Of a DNA stretch of 64,000 nucleotides, positions 1 through 12,659 are shown one piece after another (the stretch's first letter is position 1; each line of letters opens with the position of its first letter). The notes beneath the pieces are model-generated. The model saw only the letters and a list, made by a program, of their open reading frames with translations. It did no database searches and was not told the DNA's origin. The translations under genes and the position numbers were made by a program. The stretch is from Psilocybe cubensis (Eukaryota), in contig CM039000.1 in assembly GCA_017499595.2 (NCBI GenBank), positions 3,100,001 to 3,164,000 of the forward strand. Direction: 5' to 3'.

Positions 1-2288
1 TCGGGTATCTAGAAAGTGATAAATGTGCGAACAGTCGAAAGGAAGATGTTGTTCTAACCTGAGAGTATTTTTCAGACTGGAAAGCGCGAGCAATAAAGTC
101 ACCGGTCTGATTAAAGTGTTTCAATCGAGTGTGTTGATATACAATATACAGGGGTCTTACTTCTTGCGTGTTGCTCAGGTAGATCTGTGTTGATTCCAGG
201 CATTCGGTCAATAAAGTTAGGTCACCAATTGAACCTAGTGAAAAGGTTGACGCCCGAGAAAGAATCAGGTGAGAAAGGGTATCATTTTGGACTTGTTTAA
301 TGTGCATAGCACGGTAATGCTCAAGAGCCAATGCAGGAGCACCTAAAAGCGATGGAGATAAATCAACAATTGATACATAACTTGTCCAGGGAACCATTAC
401 TCGCCAAGTAATCGGTATAACCTGATCAAAATCAATCTTGTCAAAAACGATTGCTTGCTTCTAGAAAGAGCAAATTCTAGCAAGTAAGTAGCATCCAAAA
501 GGTGGTTATCCTTTCCAGTCAATTTCCATAGGGTGATGAAGGCATTTGCAGCCAAGAGGGCAAAATCGTCAGCAGGTTGAAGTTCTGTGGAAGGAAGTCC
601 AACTCCAAGAGCGAGACCCTCAAAGTAATAACGAGCGTATGCGGCCACACGAATCAACTCTTTCTCAGCCGTAATCTCCGATTCAGAGAGTGTATAACGA
701 ATAAGTTTGAAAGAGTTAATTAGGCGGCGCAGTTCAGAGATTGTGGTCTGTTTGCCGACAGTCAGAATTTCTCGGAGAGCGTCCACCTCGCATTTAGTTC
801 GACTCACAAAAGCTGTCGGAATTGCCTCCAGGAATGTACGTAATATGGACAGACTTTCTGCATCTAAAATCACGAAGGGTTTTAAATCCTCAAAGCAGCA
901 AGCCTTGTCTCCGAACTTTTCAAAGTATTGCTTCAGTAGTGAAACCATTCGCGTAGGTTCTATATGGGGCGTTAGCGGGCTCGAAAAATTGAAAATTTAT
1001 GTGCCGACCTTGCGACAACCCGTGAAGGCGTGCTCGTTTCTCGAGGTCTAACAGTGCTAGAAGGCCAGAGCGATCTTTTGTACTATCCTCTTCGGCAATT
1101 TTGGAGAATATTTCCTGAGCGTGATTTACTTTTTCCCGGGCATCTGCTTCACCAATTATTAAAGGTGTCGTGTCTGGTAAGGTACCATCGAGAACGGCGA
1201 GAAATTCCAACCAATTACGGTCCCTGGTCCAGCATAAGCCAAATTCATATAATAAATAACGCCGCATACTTCTTTTCTGTTATTAGTTGCTCTGCGCGTT
1301 TAGCTTCCTGCTGATATCTGCCTTGCTGAATCATAATCGCGCGACGAATCTCATCGCACGCGAGACTGGTGGAGCAGATACTTTTCCCAACATCACTCTC
1401 AATGAGTTTGTCAGCTTCTTCCCATAGTTCTAGTTCTCGGAGGATGGAGAGGTGAAGATGGAAACGTTCAGCATTGACATATGATGGAGTAGGTGAAGAT
1501 GCAATCAGGCGATGTGCAAGTTTGTAAAGAATAGGGCGCATGGTTGGCGGTGTATTCGCGTCTTTAGCCTATAAGGGCTTGAAAAACTATAAGGAGAAAA
1601 TAACCATGGTAATGTCGTACCTGCAGGACTGCACTTATAACACTCCAGTATAAATAACGCTCTTCCTGAAATTGTTTATACATGCGCGTCGCAATCTAAG
1701 CAAATGTCGTAAGAACGCGATGACACACCCACCAGAACAAAACAAGACACACCTGATGCGCGGATTTCCAATGGTTGGCTCTGACGTTGGCAAAAAAAGT
1801 TTGCTGTCCAAGTTCTTCATTTGTTGGTTGCTTTTTGAAGGCGTCTTCGAACATGGTGACCAAGTCGTTGTCTTCCATAAAGTTAAAAACACGTATGGGA
1901 ACACGAAAAAATATAACGTACGTCGTCCTAGGCCACGAAGAACATGCATCATCGCTGTCAACACTGCATCATCGGTGGGTTTTGTTTCGAGAACTTCGTC
2001 ACAAAGGACAAGTGATTCTTCGACTTTTTGTGATCGAATCAGAGCGAGTGCTTTTAAGGACTGGTATAACTTGTTTGAGAATTCCCCAAGTTAAGGAAGA
2101 GAGGTAAAATGACCTTGACCAACTCGTTCTTTGGGTGCTTTTTGAGAAGTTTGTTGCACGCAACAATGGCCGACTTGTTCGAACCGGTGTCCAAGGCATC
2201 TATGAACTCGTCAGAAATCGAGGGTGGACAAAGTTATCCTGTTACCATAGATTGGTTTTATCTGACGGTCGAGAGCTGCTGCAGACAT
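1..2288 (-). CDS. MDM20: N-terminal acetyltransferase B (NatB) auxiliary subunit, multi-exon, 3' part runs off the window
   Basis: ATG at 2288; spliced start MSAAALDRQIKPIYDALDTGSNKSAIVACNKLLKKHPKNELVK (TPR-like). Later exons give YFEKFGDKACCFEDLKPF and TELQPADDFALLAANA, typical of the Mdm20/NAA25 family. Confidence 0.85.
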
Positions 2289-2513
2289 TTGGAAAATGAG
2301 AAAGGCTGAGAAGTAGAAGGAGTGTTATGGTCTAGCTTAAAGCACTAACCGTAGTTCGCCGATCATATCCAAATTTTGTTTCCGAATTCGCTTCAAACTT
2401 GGTCAGGGCCGGTTCAACCACGAGCTTATTTAATTTGGACTAACCACCCAGGTAATGTCTACCTCGCTATTCGTAGTACTATCCCTAACGAAGTCTGATT
2501 TATTGTCATAAGA

Positions 2514-2770
2514 ATGCCACCGTACTTGCTAACACGGTCTGTCGCTTTACACAACATGATAATATAAACTGATTGTATGAGTTCACCAGCGGCATCGATC
2601 CCTTCCTCGGCCTTTTCACTGGTTTCCTGGCCTTTTACCTCAATGAAACTCATCCGAGGACCGGGAGACCGGAGGGCGAAAGATTGGTGGACCTTTTGAA
2701 ATGGAAATACGCCAAGTACCAGCAGAAGCAGACAAAAGTTCAATTGCCAGCTCCAGAGGCTGCACAATGA
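2514..2770 (+). CDS. NCE101: Non-classical export protein 1-like small membrane protein (2 exons)
   Basis: Spliced product MPPYLLTRGIDPFLGLFTGFLAFYLNETHPRTGRPEGERLVDLLKWK resembles the yeast Nce101 pattern (PxLL...DP, TM segment, E...GRP.G..L.EL). Confidence 0.7.
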
Positions 2771-2840
2771 ACGAGACGCGCTGAAAATGTCATTAATTAT
2801 CTGTGCCTATTCATACTGCACTCGGATATGACCTCAATCA

Positions 2841-3373
2841 TTATGATCTCAATAAGTCATACAACATCGACATGACGCCCTGAAAGACCTCTTGTTCGCC
2901 TTGGGGATCGTCTTCGCCTTGCCGTTGGCACAATGCGAGCCCAACGACGACGCTCCTTCTCAACCTTTCCAGACCTAACAATGCTTCTTCTGTCCATACG
3001 ATTGTTGCTATTTGTGAGGCATATAATGAATGGAGAGTTTGCTGGTGAGGTGAGGGAGCACTTCCCAAAAGTGGTGTCAATTGGATCGCAGGAGACGATT
3101 CTGGTAGAATAAGCTTATTGGGTTGTGTTGGGTCTGGCACTCGAGGTATAAGAACTGCTGTAGCAGGCAACGTTGCTTGTATCTGTCGATAAATTATTTC
3201 GCCTGTTTAGCTTTACAGAATGTCGGAAATCAGGAACAAATCAGCACCAGATTGCCCACTTTGCCTATTTGTGTTACGAGAATGACTATACGGTCCGCAA
3301 AGGTTTGCATAAAAACTTGTGTATGTTTCCCATTTAATGTTCTAGAGGTTTGACGCGGCGTGAATGTAGCCAT
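2841..3373 (-). CDS. Proteasome assembly chaperone 3-like (PAC3/PSMG3), 2 exons
   Basis: MATFTPRQTSRTLNGKHTQVFMQTFADRIVILVTQIGKVGNL, then LTPLLG and VVVGLAL, typical of the PAC3 family. Confidence 0.75.
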
Positions 3374-3605
3374 GTTTTGAGCAAAGGCGTAAATCGCTTC
3401 GACTCGCGCTCGAATCAAGACGGGGAGGCATCTAATGATCCATGTGTATTTGTAATCGTGGGAACCCTAACTGTAGCGCCGCACTCGGATGAAGTCCTTG
3501 TGTGTCAATACAGTCCGAGGTTCCGCTGTGCCTCTTCAGAGGCTACATGGGCAGGATTTGGCGACGCTCTATCGAGCCTATAACTCAGGAGATATACCGT
3601 GATCT

Positions 3606-6600
3606 ATGGATATAATTCAAGACTCATCGAACACGGGCCCCTCGTCTCCTCAGAAAGGAAAGGGAGTGGAGGCCGATCCTAAGAGCTGGCGCGCAGGTTG
3701 GTGGGACTTCTATCCCTTGCTTGAGCACCCCAAACGGCAAGTTTTATTCCTCCGACTATTTGTTTATTGTCGAGTTGAAAATGTTCTCTCTTTGCAGCCC
3801 CGTGCAGTGGTCACGGTCGTCCGTTATATTTACTGCCCATGCAACTCAACCGTTTATAACTGGACGCCATTTTTCCTCGTCAAAACAATTTGTGTTGCCA
3901 TCTCCGGCACCCATTAGCAATTCACCCGCGTTGTATGACCCCCCTACTCTTATTTCAATTTCTCCGGACGATTTATGGCTACTTGCGTATTTCTATCGAC
4001 GCACGGGTGAAGGCATCGCGTGCCTTTGGAAGCGAGGCAATCAAATCGACAATTGGCAAGTGAAGGATTCTTGGACTTGTCTCAAAGGATGTGGTATTGT
4101 GACCGTTTCGTGGCTGGAATCGCAAAGAGAGGCAAGATATGCACCTTTTCAAATGTTACATTACGTTTACCTTGAAACAGTGGATAAATATCTCACCAAG
4201 TGGACCGACGCGCCTTCCCTTGCGTGGACCCAAGATACCCGTCGCAGACATGACAATGCTTTTTGTCACTGAAGACAATTATCTTCATGTTACGTATCTA
4301 CGACAATATACCAACACATTGAAGACCCTTAAGAAATCGTTGAACGTCCCTGGTGTAATGAAGGAAGGAATGTCGCCACTTGACTACGGCGAAAGCCCAA
4401 ATCATAGACAATGTATGAATGCAGCTATAGGACTTTGTTATAACGGTGGGGATTTTCCTATTTTTCAATCATTGTGTTGCTGAAATGTCATCAGATCCAA
4501 TTATTATGATTGCATCCCAGTCACGACGTATACCAGCTCCCTCAATTACTCCTACAATATCTGCCCCACCGTTCAATCATATGGATCTCTCAGCTGGTGG
4601 AGATTCTACGGATCCAAACGCAGCAGATCAAAGAACAAATGACTGGGAGAATTGGGGTGACGAAGGAGTCATCGAAATCTTCGAATGCTATATAAAATAC
4701 GACGGCGAATCCCTAAGTAATCAGTTGCATTTAATCTAATTAATAATATCTGACGAAAACTACAGTGCTTGGGATAATTCAATTAAGCCATATTGATTGT
4801 CCACCGTACTCCTTGACGAGCCTCGAATGGGTATCCGTCCCTTCGCCTAAAACCCCTGAAAAAGGGAAGATAGGATTGATGACGGCTTTTGCTGATTTTC
4901 ATGACTGTATGTTCTTTTGCCTGGGTCCTACGCATGTATTCATGACATATTCGCCGCACAGTCAAGAAACCACCAACATCGTTACTTAATTTTTATGGAC
5001 CATTCACCAAGACCAATGCAACTCGCCATGTAGTTAGAAATCAAACTTTTAATTCAAATTCATCATTCACTCATGTTTCCCAGGCTTCACTTTCAACTAC
5101 GAGGACGATAGAGGCCGGTGTTGTAACGCACATTGAGCCATTCATGGACACAGGAACACTTGCATTCGCATATATTTTGCATTACTCAGGGACTTATGGC
5201 AACGGTAAAAATAAACCGCAAAACACTGTGGTCGGGAACGTTCACGTGCTAAATATGTTAGTGTTCATAATCTTGCCATTCAATCATTCTAACATTGTTT
5301 GCTAGACCCACGTTTACTGAAAGCGCCAATTTTTCCCCTGCTACAGTTGAGGTTCCATTAGAAAAGTTAGGAGAAGACCGTAAGCATATTCCAGTCTTTT
5401 CGTGGCTATCCATATCACACAACAAATTCAGTGCCATTCTTTGCCGCAATTTCGCCCAATCGAAAATTTATATGCACGCTTTCATGTTCTTTGACTCGGC
5501 CTTCGCTTCAAACGCATGCACTTCCCACCTTGATCTCCTCGGAATTGATGTGTAAATCTGTTTGAAAACCTCTGTTGATATATGTTCAAACCTAACGATG
5601 ATGCGTAGCTTCACGTTTATCTTGGGCACTCGCCGCTGCCATTCTTTCACATAGATCTACAGTAGACCTTGTTCATGCCATATGTGGCCCACAAATGTCG
5701 AATGACGACGCAGCAACTGTCTTATCTAATGCTCTCGCACTATTGGAAAACTTCAATGGCACCGACTCACCATCTCGATATATTTGTGACATTATGGGAG
5801 TGGCGACCGATATATATAAGTACGTATGTTTAAGAAAACAGCGCTTTCTTGTATTTTTCATTGACTATTATATTCGAAGGTTGAAAGCAGAGTCTACTAA
5901 CGTAGAGTCAGAAAATGAATTGTTCCAATCCCGGTGCCAAGCAGCGCATGACATATGCTCCATGTCCGCATGTATCACTGCTTTTGAAGACAGCAAAGAA
6001 GGTGACGGGTATGATCTAGGTAGTTCCCCTCCTTGTTGCTTCCCCATCAACGAGAATTTGACTGCCGTCGTTTGTAGATGCTGTATGGCAACTAATTGCG
6101 TTTAGCAACTGGGTAATTGGGTTCACTGAGAAATTAATGAAAGCATGTATCCTTGCCAGCAATGCTATTGCAGAACCCTTAGAAGGATCACAGTCAGGTG
6201 TGTTGCTATTACTGTATACTATTTAGTTTGTTGAACATGTATATAGATTTTGGATTGTTCGAACAACCAATTCTATTGAACCTTTGCCACCCTTTTGCTC
6301 TGCGGAACTTCATTTCTTCATTGAACCACGTCAAATCTTTTCGGGAATTCTTAGCTGCTTTACCTGCTGGTAGCGGCAATGCACAAATCGCTCAGTCGGT
6401 CCTTGTAGATTCGGTCGATTACTCAGGTGTTGAGTTCGGGAGACTGGTACCCCTTCTACAGGAAAGTTTGGAGAGCGCTCAAAAGTTAGATGGTGAGCCT
6501 TTTGATACTCGCTGTTAACTTCTGAAAACTAACACAAAGTGTAGCTTCAGAATGTCGGAGGGCTCTGGCGGCGTGCTGTGCCACCAACTTGATGAAAACC

Positions 6601-6930
6601 GAACTTACCGAGATACTGAACAAGATTTCACAGTCCGAGTCGCTATTAAATAAACCGGCCTTGTTTATCAAGCCGTATAATCTAATCGATGGATTGGCTC
6701 GTCTATCCCTGTTATCAGGTCGTCGGAAGAACGATGAAAAGGATATCATCACAAAAATGGCTATCCCTAAGCATACTGCCAGGGACCGATGCCTCCGCTG
6801 CGGGGGCAAGACTGTGATCGACCGCAACACGGCTACTCCTCGACCACGGGTCCACACAAAATGGCACCTCTATGAGCTTATGTGGCAGCTACGTTGCGTA
6901 TGTGGCGGGGCATGGTCGTCAACTATCTAA
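3606..6930 (+). CDS. MED16: Mediator complex subunit 16 (Sin4)-like, multi-exon
   Basis: N-terminal beta-propeller-like exons (VQWSRSSVIF, LISISPDDLWLLAYF). The C-terminal zinc motif CLRCG...W...RCVCGGAW matches the CxRCG...CxCGGxW tail of Med16. Confidence 0.75.
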
Positions 6931-6982
6931 TCCGTGTTTGGTTTTGTATTTTAGGGTTACGATTTGGCATATATACATACGT

Positions 6983-8743
6983 TTACAGCTTTGAATGAAT
7001 AGTCTGATCGGAGCCCAAATAAAATTCAGCCGCCAACTTGACTTCGTTCAACCATTCTGTTACGATATCTTCTTCATAGACATTATTGTCCCAATAAACG
7101 GTTAAGGTCAAATGATCATGTGAAGTTGATGCACCAAGGTAAAGTTCTGTGGGTCGGCATCGCAATCTCGTTGTAGACGACTTCAAAGATATTAAAGGTT
7201 CCTCTTTGCCGTCTTGTGGGCTTAATGGATACGTTCTTGGAAGTAGTTTGTCGGTCTTGATAAAATGACTCAGAGTGTAAATGAAACTTGTGACATTCAC
7301 CAAAAAGGAACTTACATTTCCCATACTAGAACCTCCATTGCAGAAAACCAATCCGGCTGTAGCCTGTTCCATTGGCGACATAGGTTTATTACTGAGAGTC
7401 TTCGGAGGTCCTCCTCCAAGCCATTGGCGAGCCGCAATTTTGTTCCTTTGTATCCTGGCAGGAGCACCCACTTCCTGAAATTCCAAAAATAATGGATGCT
7501 TCGTAATTTCTATAGATTGCTCCCTGACTTGCTTGCATCTGAACAGAAATCTTTTCTTCGAAAGAAGGTCTCCAAAATGAGGCATATTCATTCCTGGTCG
7601 CAGGCGTGTCGTACCGAGCGGCATTGTGGGAAGCGCAAAATAAAAGAAGCCAATTGAGACGCAGACGTTGGATGACCCGCCAGCTTCATACCAATCCTTG
7701 TCCAAAAAAGGTCGCAAATTGAGAGGCCCAGCGGAGGTCATCGGTTCTCTTATTCTGAACTGCCATTCCTCTTCGTCTATTTCTCCGCGTAGGTATCGCC
7801 TTACTAACACTCGGGTGAGTGCAATTTGCCCCAGGACAGGATACGCATTTCCGAATGTCAAACCGTTTTTACGACAGTTGTCAATTATGAGGTTAGATTT
7901 GTCGGGAGTCAACGTGGTTCTTAATGTTTTTGAGAGAGGTGGGGTGTAAGGTGTGATTTGTGATACTTTTCGGGGGAGGGTATGCCCGCCCTTCAGTAAT
8001 CTATTTGAGAACTTTGCGAAATGAAGAATAGTAAAGGTTGGACTTACTTTGAGATTTGAGGCCCTTCTAGCTGCCATTACACTGGCAATGGCTTTACGCC
8101 ATCGTCTCCTTGCCACATTGTATTTAAGGTGGGGTGCCAGACTTTCTGACGATACTGAAAGTTGTAATCGATGTTCTAAGTTAACCTCCGGGTGGGTTTC
8201 ACGACAAAGTGAATCCAGGAAGGTTTTGAGGAGGGTAAGGTTGGCCATTCCATCGACGATAGAATGGGCAACATGGAAAAATATGTGGAAAACACCCGGA
8301 AGGTCTGTTCTCTCTAGGATGAAAAGGCATGCCAGTAATTTATCAGAAAGAAGCTGATCTTGCACGACTATCCTTTCTGCGATGCGTTCAACGTCTTGTG
8401 CGGATGAAACCTTTTGAAATATTATTTCCCGAGGACGTATGGTGCGTAGACTTTCTTCTGTGACGACAAAGTAAATCGAATCATCGCTGTGAGCATCGTA
8501 TGCAGCAGCTATCAATGGATATTGGCGTTTAATGTAAGACCATGCTTTCGCGACATTAGATGGGCAAAGCAGGTCTTGAGATGTCGACAGTGGTTGCAAT
8601 TGTACTTCCGCTTGCTGCAAAGTATCTGCTGTACGGCAGAAGATTGCATCTAAGTAAAACGCAGTTTCCGTTGTACCAAGAGGTCGTTCCCACGCAACAA
8701 TTGGCCCAGGGCGTAATTTCCAAGTCGAGGAGGGCATAACCAT
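6983..8743 (-). CDS. Condensation-domain / alcohol acetyltransferase-like CoA-dependent acyltransferase with C-terminal PTS1 (SKL)
   Basis: Catalytic-type HSIVDG (HxxxDG), PLNLRP and SSMG motifs; C-terminus HSKL-stop; probable introns 7991-8047 and 7256-7315. Confidence 0.7.
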   Translation of the reverse strand: MVMPSSTWKLRPGPIVAWERPLGTTETAFYLDAIFCRTADTLQQAEVQLQPLSTSQDLLCPSNVAKAWSYIKRQYPLIAAAYDAHSDDSIYFVVTEESLRTIRPREIIFQKVSSAQDVERIAERIVVQDQLLSDKLLACLFILERTDLPGVFHIFFHVAHSIVDGMANLTLLKTFLDSLCRETHPEVNLEHRLQLSVSSESLAPHLKYNVARRRWRKAIASVMAARRASNLKVSPTFTILHFAKFSNRLLKGGHTLPRKVSQITPYTPPLSKTLRTTLTPDKSNLIIDNCRKNGLTFGNAYPVLGQIALTRVLVRRYLRGEIDEEEWQFRIREPMTSAGPLNLRPFLDKDWYEAGGSSNVCVSIGFFYFALPTMPLGTTRLRPGMNMPHFGDLLSKKRFLFRCKQVREQSIEITKHPLFLEFQEVGAPARIQRNKIAARQWLGGGPPKTLSNKPMSPMEQATAGLVFCNGGSSMGNVSSFLVNVTSFIYTLSHFIKTDKLLPRTYPLSPQDGKEEPLISLKSSTTRLRCRPTELYLGASTSHDHLTLTVYWDNNVYEEDIVTEWLNEVKLAAEFYLGSDQTIHSKL

Positions 8744-9306
8744 GTTGAGGAGGAAGATGGCGTACAGAATAAGTCGATTTGGATGATGAGACTTTTACCA
8801 CTGCCCGGCAAAGCCATTTCCGTGTGACTCATGAGGGTGGTGTGAGCTGTTGTAGGCTGATGGATGACTTTATTTTAAATTAGAAAAAGAGGTGGATCAT
8901 TATAATATTTTTGCCAAGCGACCGTTCGCGGCAGCATGTGGATCATCGTGGACCACGGCCCGGTAGCGTGCTCAATTCGAGATCTTCAACCCTTGGTCGG
9001 TTTGGAATATTTTTATCAGGCAACTTCCTCAGAATATCTCGAAAGAAATTCACAAATTCTGGTAGCCTGCATGCACACTTATGTATGTATAAGGTCGCGT
9101 CGTCCTGGCGCGCGTCGCGTCTTGCAATATTAAATAGGTCATGTGATGAACATACGGTATACGACAAAAATCCCAATCCGTGTTCAGTGAATCTGTGGTC
9201 ACTCAGATCCCATCGCCCTTGTTAGCAGGAGTGATCTGACTTTACCGCTGTCGAATCTCTAAGTCGCGACCGCTGACTCCTTCAAGATATTTTGACAGTC
9301 TTCCTA

Positions 9307-10746
9307 ATGGAACAGGACGCCGGCCCCGCTGTTGATCGCAATTTTACACTAGACAAAACCTTGACTGTACCTGCACATATATCATCTCTGGCCTTCGGAC
9401 ATGCTGGACATGTATTTGCTGGCTGTGGTATGGTTGATATACTGGCCTTTTGCGATTAAATGACTTACTTCGTGTACAGATGATGGATCTCTTCGTGTCT
9501 ATGATCTGTCCTCGTATAAAGTATTGAAGGCCGTTAGAGGGCTTGGAGGAGAAGTATCGTCAATAGTATGTATGAAGAGACCTGGTTCAGAACTTCGAGA
9601 TGCTTGGGTCGCACACGGGCAACATGTTGGTCGTCAAAGATGCTCATTCCGTGAAAACTGTGTCAATAACTGTTTTTAGATCTCCAAGTTCAAGTTCGAT
9701 CCGGATCCCATGATCCAAACTCTTGAAAGCGCCTTGGTTTCAGTTAAAGTTGGAGAATCTGATGCAGATGTGTTGAACGAGGTGGGTGTAGTTATATCGC
9801 TATATGGAATTCGTGTTGACTTAATAAGCTTGCCTTGAACGCGAACAAAAGTCATCTGGCCTTTACCATGGATTCCGGTTTTGTGGGTGTCCTTGACTTG
9901 TCAAACAATTCAATTACGAAGATGGAAACGAAACATGACAGTGTAAATACGGTTGTCATCCAACTTTCCTCAGTTCTAATAAATTTTGCTTCAGGTGTGC
10001 GGCAGCGTAAAATTCGTTCCAGGTCGGCCACGGGAGTTGATCAGCGGTGGATATGACAATATCTTGCTACACTTTGACTTCGTGCAAGGCAAAGTCCTTT
10101 CTCGCCGACAGATAGGTGATTATTTTTTGAGCCTCCATCTATCTATCGCTTATCTAGTTTCCTCAAGACACGTTTGCCCTTGAGGGTGAAATTTCGCTTT
10201 CTCCGCCTTTTGTCATGTCAATGGCCATGTCAGATACTGGTGTCCTAGCGGCTGGAATTGCCGATGGTAGACTTTGGATAGGATTTGGAGGAGAGAAAGT
10301 AGTCCTTCCAGGTTCTAAATCTTCCAAAAAAAAGGTCAAGATGTGGGAAGGTCTTGATGAAGATCAAATCCTTCTCATCAAAGTCGCGGAAGGCCCTATT
10401 GTGGCAATGTGCGTTTGTATTCCAGTCATCCTCCAGTACCTTAGTTAACACTATTTCTAGGGCCTTTTCGGAACACCGAAAATTGACAATCTCTACCCTA
10501 ATGGGGGTCATTACTCAGTACCGTCTCATCTATGACGAAGTGCTAGGCAGCGTTGTTCTCCAACAGCTGTGGCAAAAAGCAAGTCCCGGAATCGAAAAAG
10601 TCAACGCCTTGATCGCCGACGAAAAGCGTATCATAGTAGGTGGTTTCTCTGCCAAAGGTCGAGGCGTTATTGAGGTTTGGAAAGAAACGCCCCAACCTGC
10701 GCAAGACCAGGAGGGCAAAAGTCTCGCACCAACCTCCACTTCATAA
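9307..10746 (+). CDS. WD40-repeat protein (WDR53-like), multi-exon
   Basis: Spliced blades AGCDDGSLRVYDL, DSGFVGVLDL, ISGGYDNILLHFDF and AAGIADGRLWIG. Confidence 0.75.
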
Positions 10747-10796
10747 AATTATACTGTGTGGTAACCAAAAATACTCTAAAACACGAATTATCAGTG

Positions 10797-11706
10797 CTAT
10801 GGTCTATTCGATTCCTCAAATTCTCGTTCATCCCGGACTTGCTGTTCCAGTGCTGCTATCCGTCTCAAATGTGAATCTCGTGTTTTCTTCAACTTCTCCA
10901 GATATTCTTCGTCTGGCATCGGTTTGAATCCAACAAAACCTAGCAGGGACTCCAGAAGGTGCACTGAACCCTCAAGAGGTGCTGAATTGTTTTGAATCCG
11001 CGAAGAAGGGTCTGCTATAGCAGGTCTATTTTCCTCCCTCAACTTCGAGATGTAATTCAGTCGGATGATGTTCAGTTCGTTGAAGCCATACTGAAGAAGG
11101 GTACAGACTGTTCCAGCAGTTATCATTACTGGGATGACACCTGGCTTCCTAGCTTTAGTACGAGAATGGTCAATATATTGCAATTAAGTATTAAGTAAAG
11201 ACCTACATATGGCATGAAACACTCCAACAACTGAGGCACCACTAATAGCACTATCAAGTAATTGGTTCGTTCGAAGGTCGGATAGAGAAACGGGTGTATT
11301 TGAGGAGTAGGGATCTTGAGATAGTGGTCTGCCCGCCTCTTGCCTTCTGTGAGCGTATTGTGACCATGGCGCCAAACGGTTAAGCGTCGGGCTAACAAGA
11401 AATTCGCGGCAACCTAGTTATGTGTCCAGGTGAATTTGTGAAAGATGAGAAGAAAGCAGATGGAAATCGCACCGAAGAACGATACACCTGTTAAACCGCT
11501 GTTGGCAGCAGCTGTTAAGGCCATGAATCCTGGATGCGGTAGTTTTCGAATGCTAGCATATGTTCCAGACACGAAGGCACTAGTGGCTGCTGTTGTATAG
11601 AAAGAATTTTATTAGCCCCGCTCGACATTCGCTGGACAAGAGCAAAGACGGACTTGCATATCGTTAGGGTACCCAGACCTATTGTCTGCAGTCGTGAATG
11701 TTCCAT
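10797..11706 (-). CDS. Hypothetical membrane protein with Gly/Ala-rich helices (Tim17/Tim22-like), multi-exon
   Basis: Spliced MEHSRLQTIGLGTLTISATSAFVSGTYASIRKLPHPGFMALTAAANSGLTGVSFFGCREFLVSP, then LDSAISGASVVGVFHAI and a coiled-coil C-terminus. The first intron is GC-AG. Confidence 0.55.
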
Positions 11707-11914
11707 GGATAGAGTCAAGTTGAGGTGAACCTTTGAGATTTTTGTCAAAGTTATGCGGATCAGAGAGGCTCCAGCCAACTGAGGCCAAACAGACGCGTCC
11801 ATTTAGCCGGCGGCAGCAGCACCTGCTCGATGCTCTCATGTCCGAGTCCGACAGTCACTTGTAATAAAAACCCAGCTACCTTCATCTTTTTGCATTGACC
11901 CGAGATCCCGATAC

Positions 11915-12659
11915 ATGCCCCCAATGTGTTGCCTCATCTCTGAAGTTAGCTTTGACAGTCGCTAATATCCCTTTCTAGCCGCGACAAGTTTACAATCCAC
12001 TCCAAAGCAGTTGTTTGCCAGGATGTCGAACTGAAGGGAGACATCACCATTGGCTCAGGTTAGTCTGCGTTACAGCTATTATTTTTCTCCCCTCAGCTTA
12101 TTTCTCTTACAGGGTCCATCGTACACCCCAAAGCCACAATATTTGCTATAGCCGGTCCTATCGTCATCGGAATGGGCTGCATAATTGAAGAGGGCGCGAT
12201 CTTGGTCAATAGGTAATACGCCGATGCATTCATACCTGGTGCTTCGACTCTGAACATCTCATAGGCGTAAAGAAGTAATGCGTATTGGAGATGATAACCT
12301 CTTTGAAATTGGATGCCGTATGTCGTCTCTAAAACCACTTTCGCAGACAAGGTACTGATGTACCTACAGGCATTGAATCGCCTTCAATAGGAAACTTTAA
12401 TACATTCTCAACGCGTTCAAGAGTACACCACACAGTTCGAGTAACGTCTTACTGCGTGATTGGGGCTGGAGCGCTACTAGTCCCAACGGAAGATCAAACA
12501 CTCGAAGATTACACAGTTATATATGGCCCTGCTGCAGAACAAAGGACATGGAGTGGGAGAGGAAAAGTGCAGGAGGCCGATCTTAGACGAAAGCATGCCG
12601 AGTATTTGCGTGAAATGCTTCCCAAGTTCAACAGATTAAGGCGCGGTGATGGAACATGA
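11915..12659 (+). CDS. DCTN6: Dynactin subunit 6 (p27), left-handed beta-helix, multi-exon
   Basis: Spliced [41 protein letters not shown]...MRIGDDNLFEIGC...YLREMLPKF. Confidence 0.85.
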
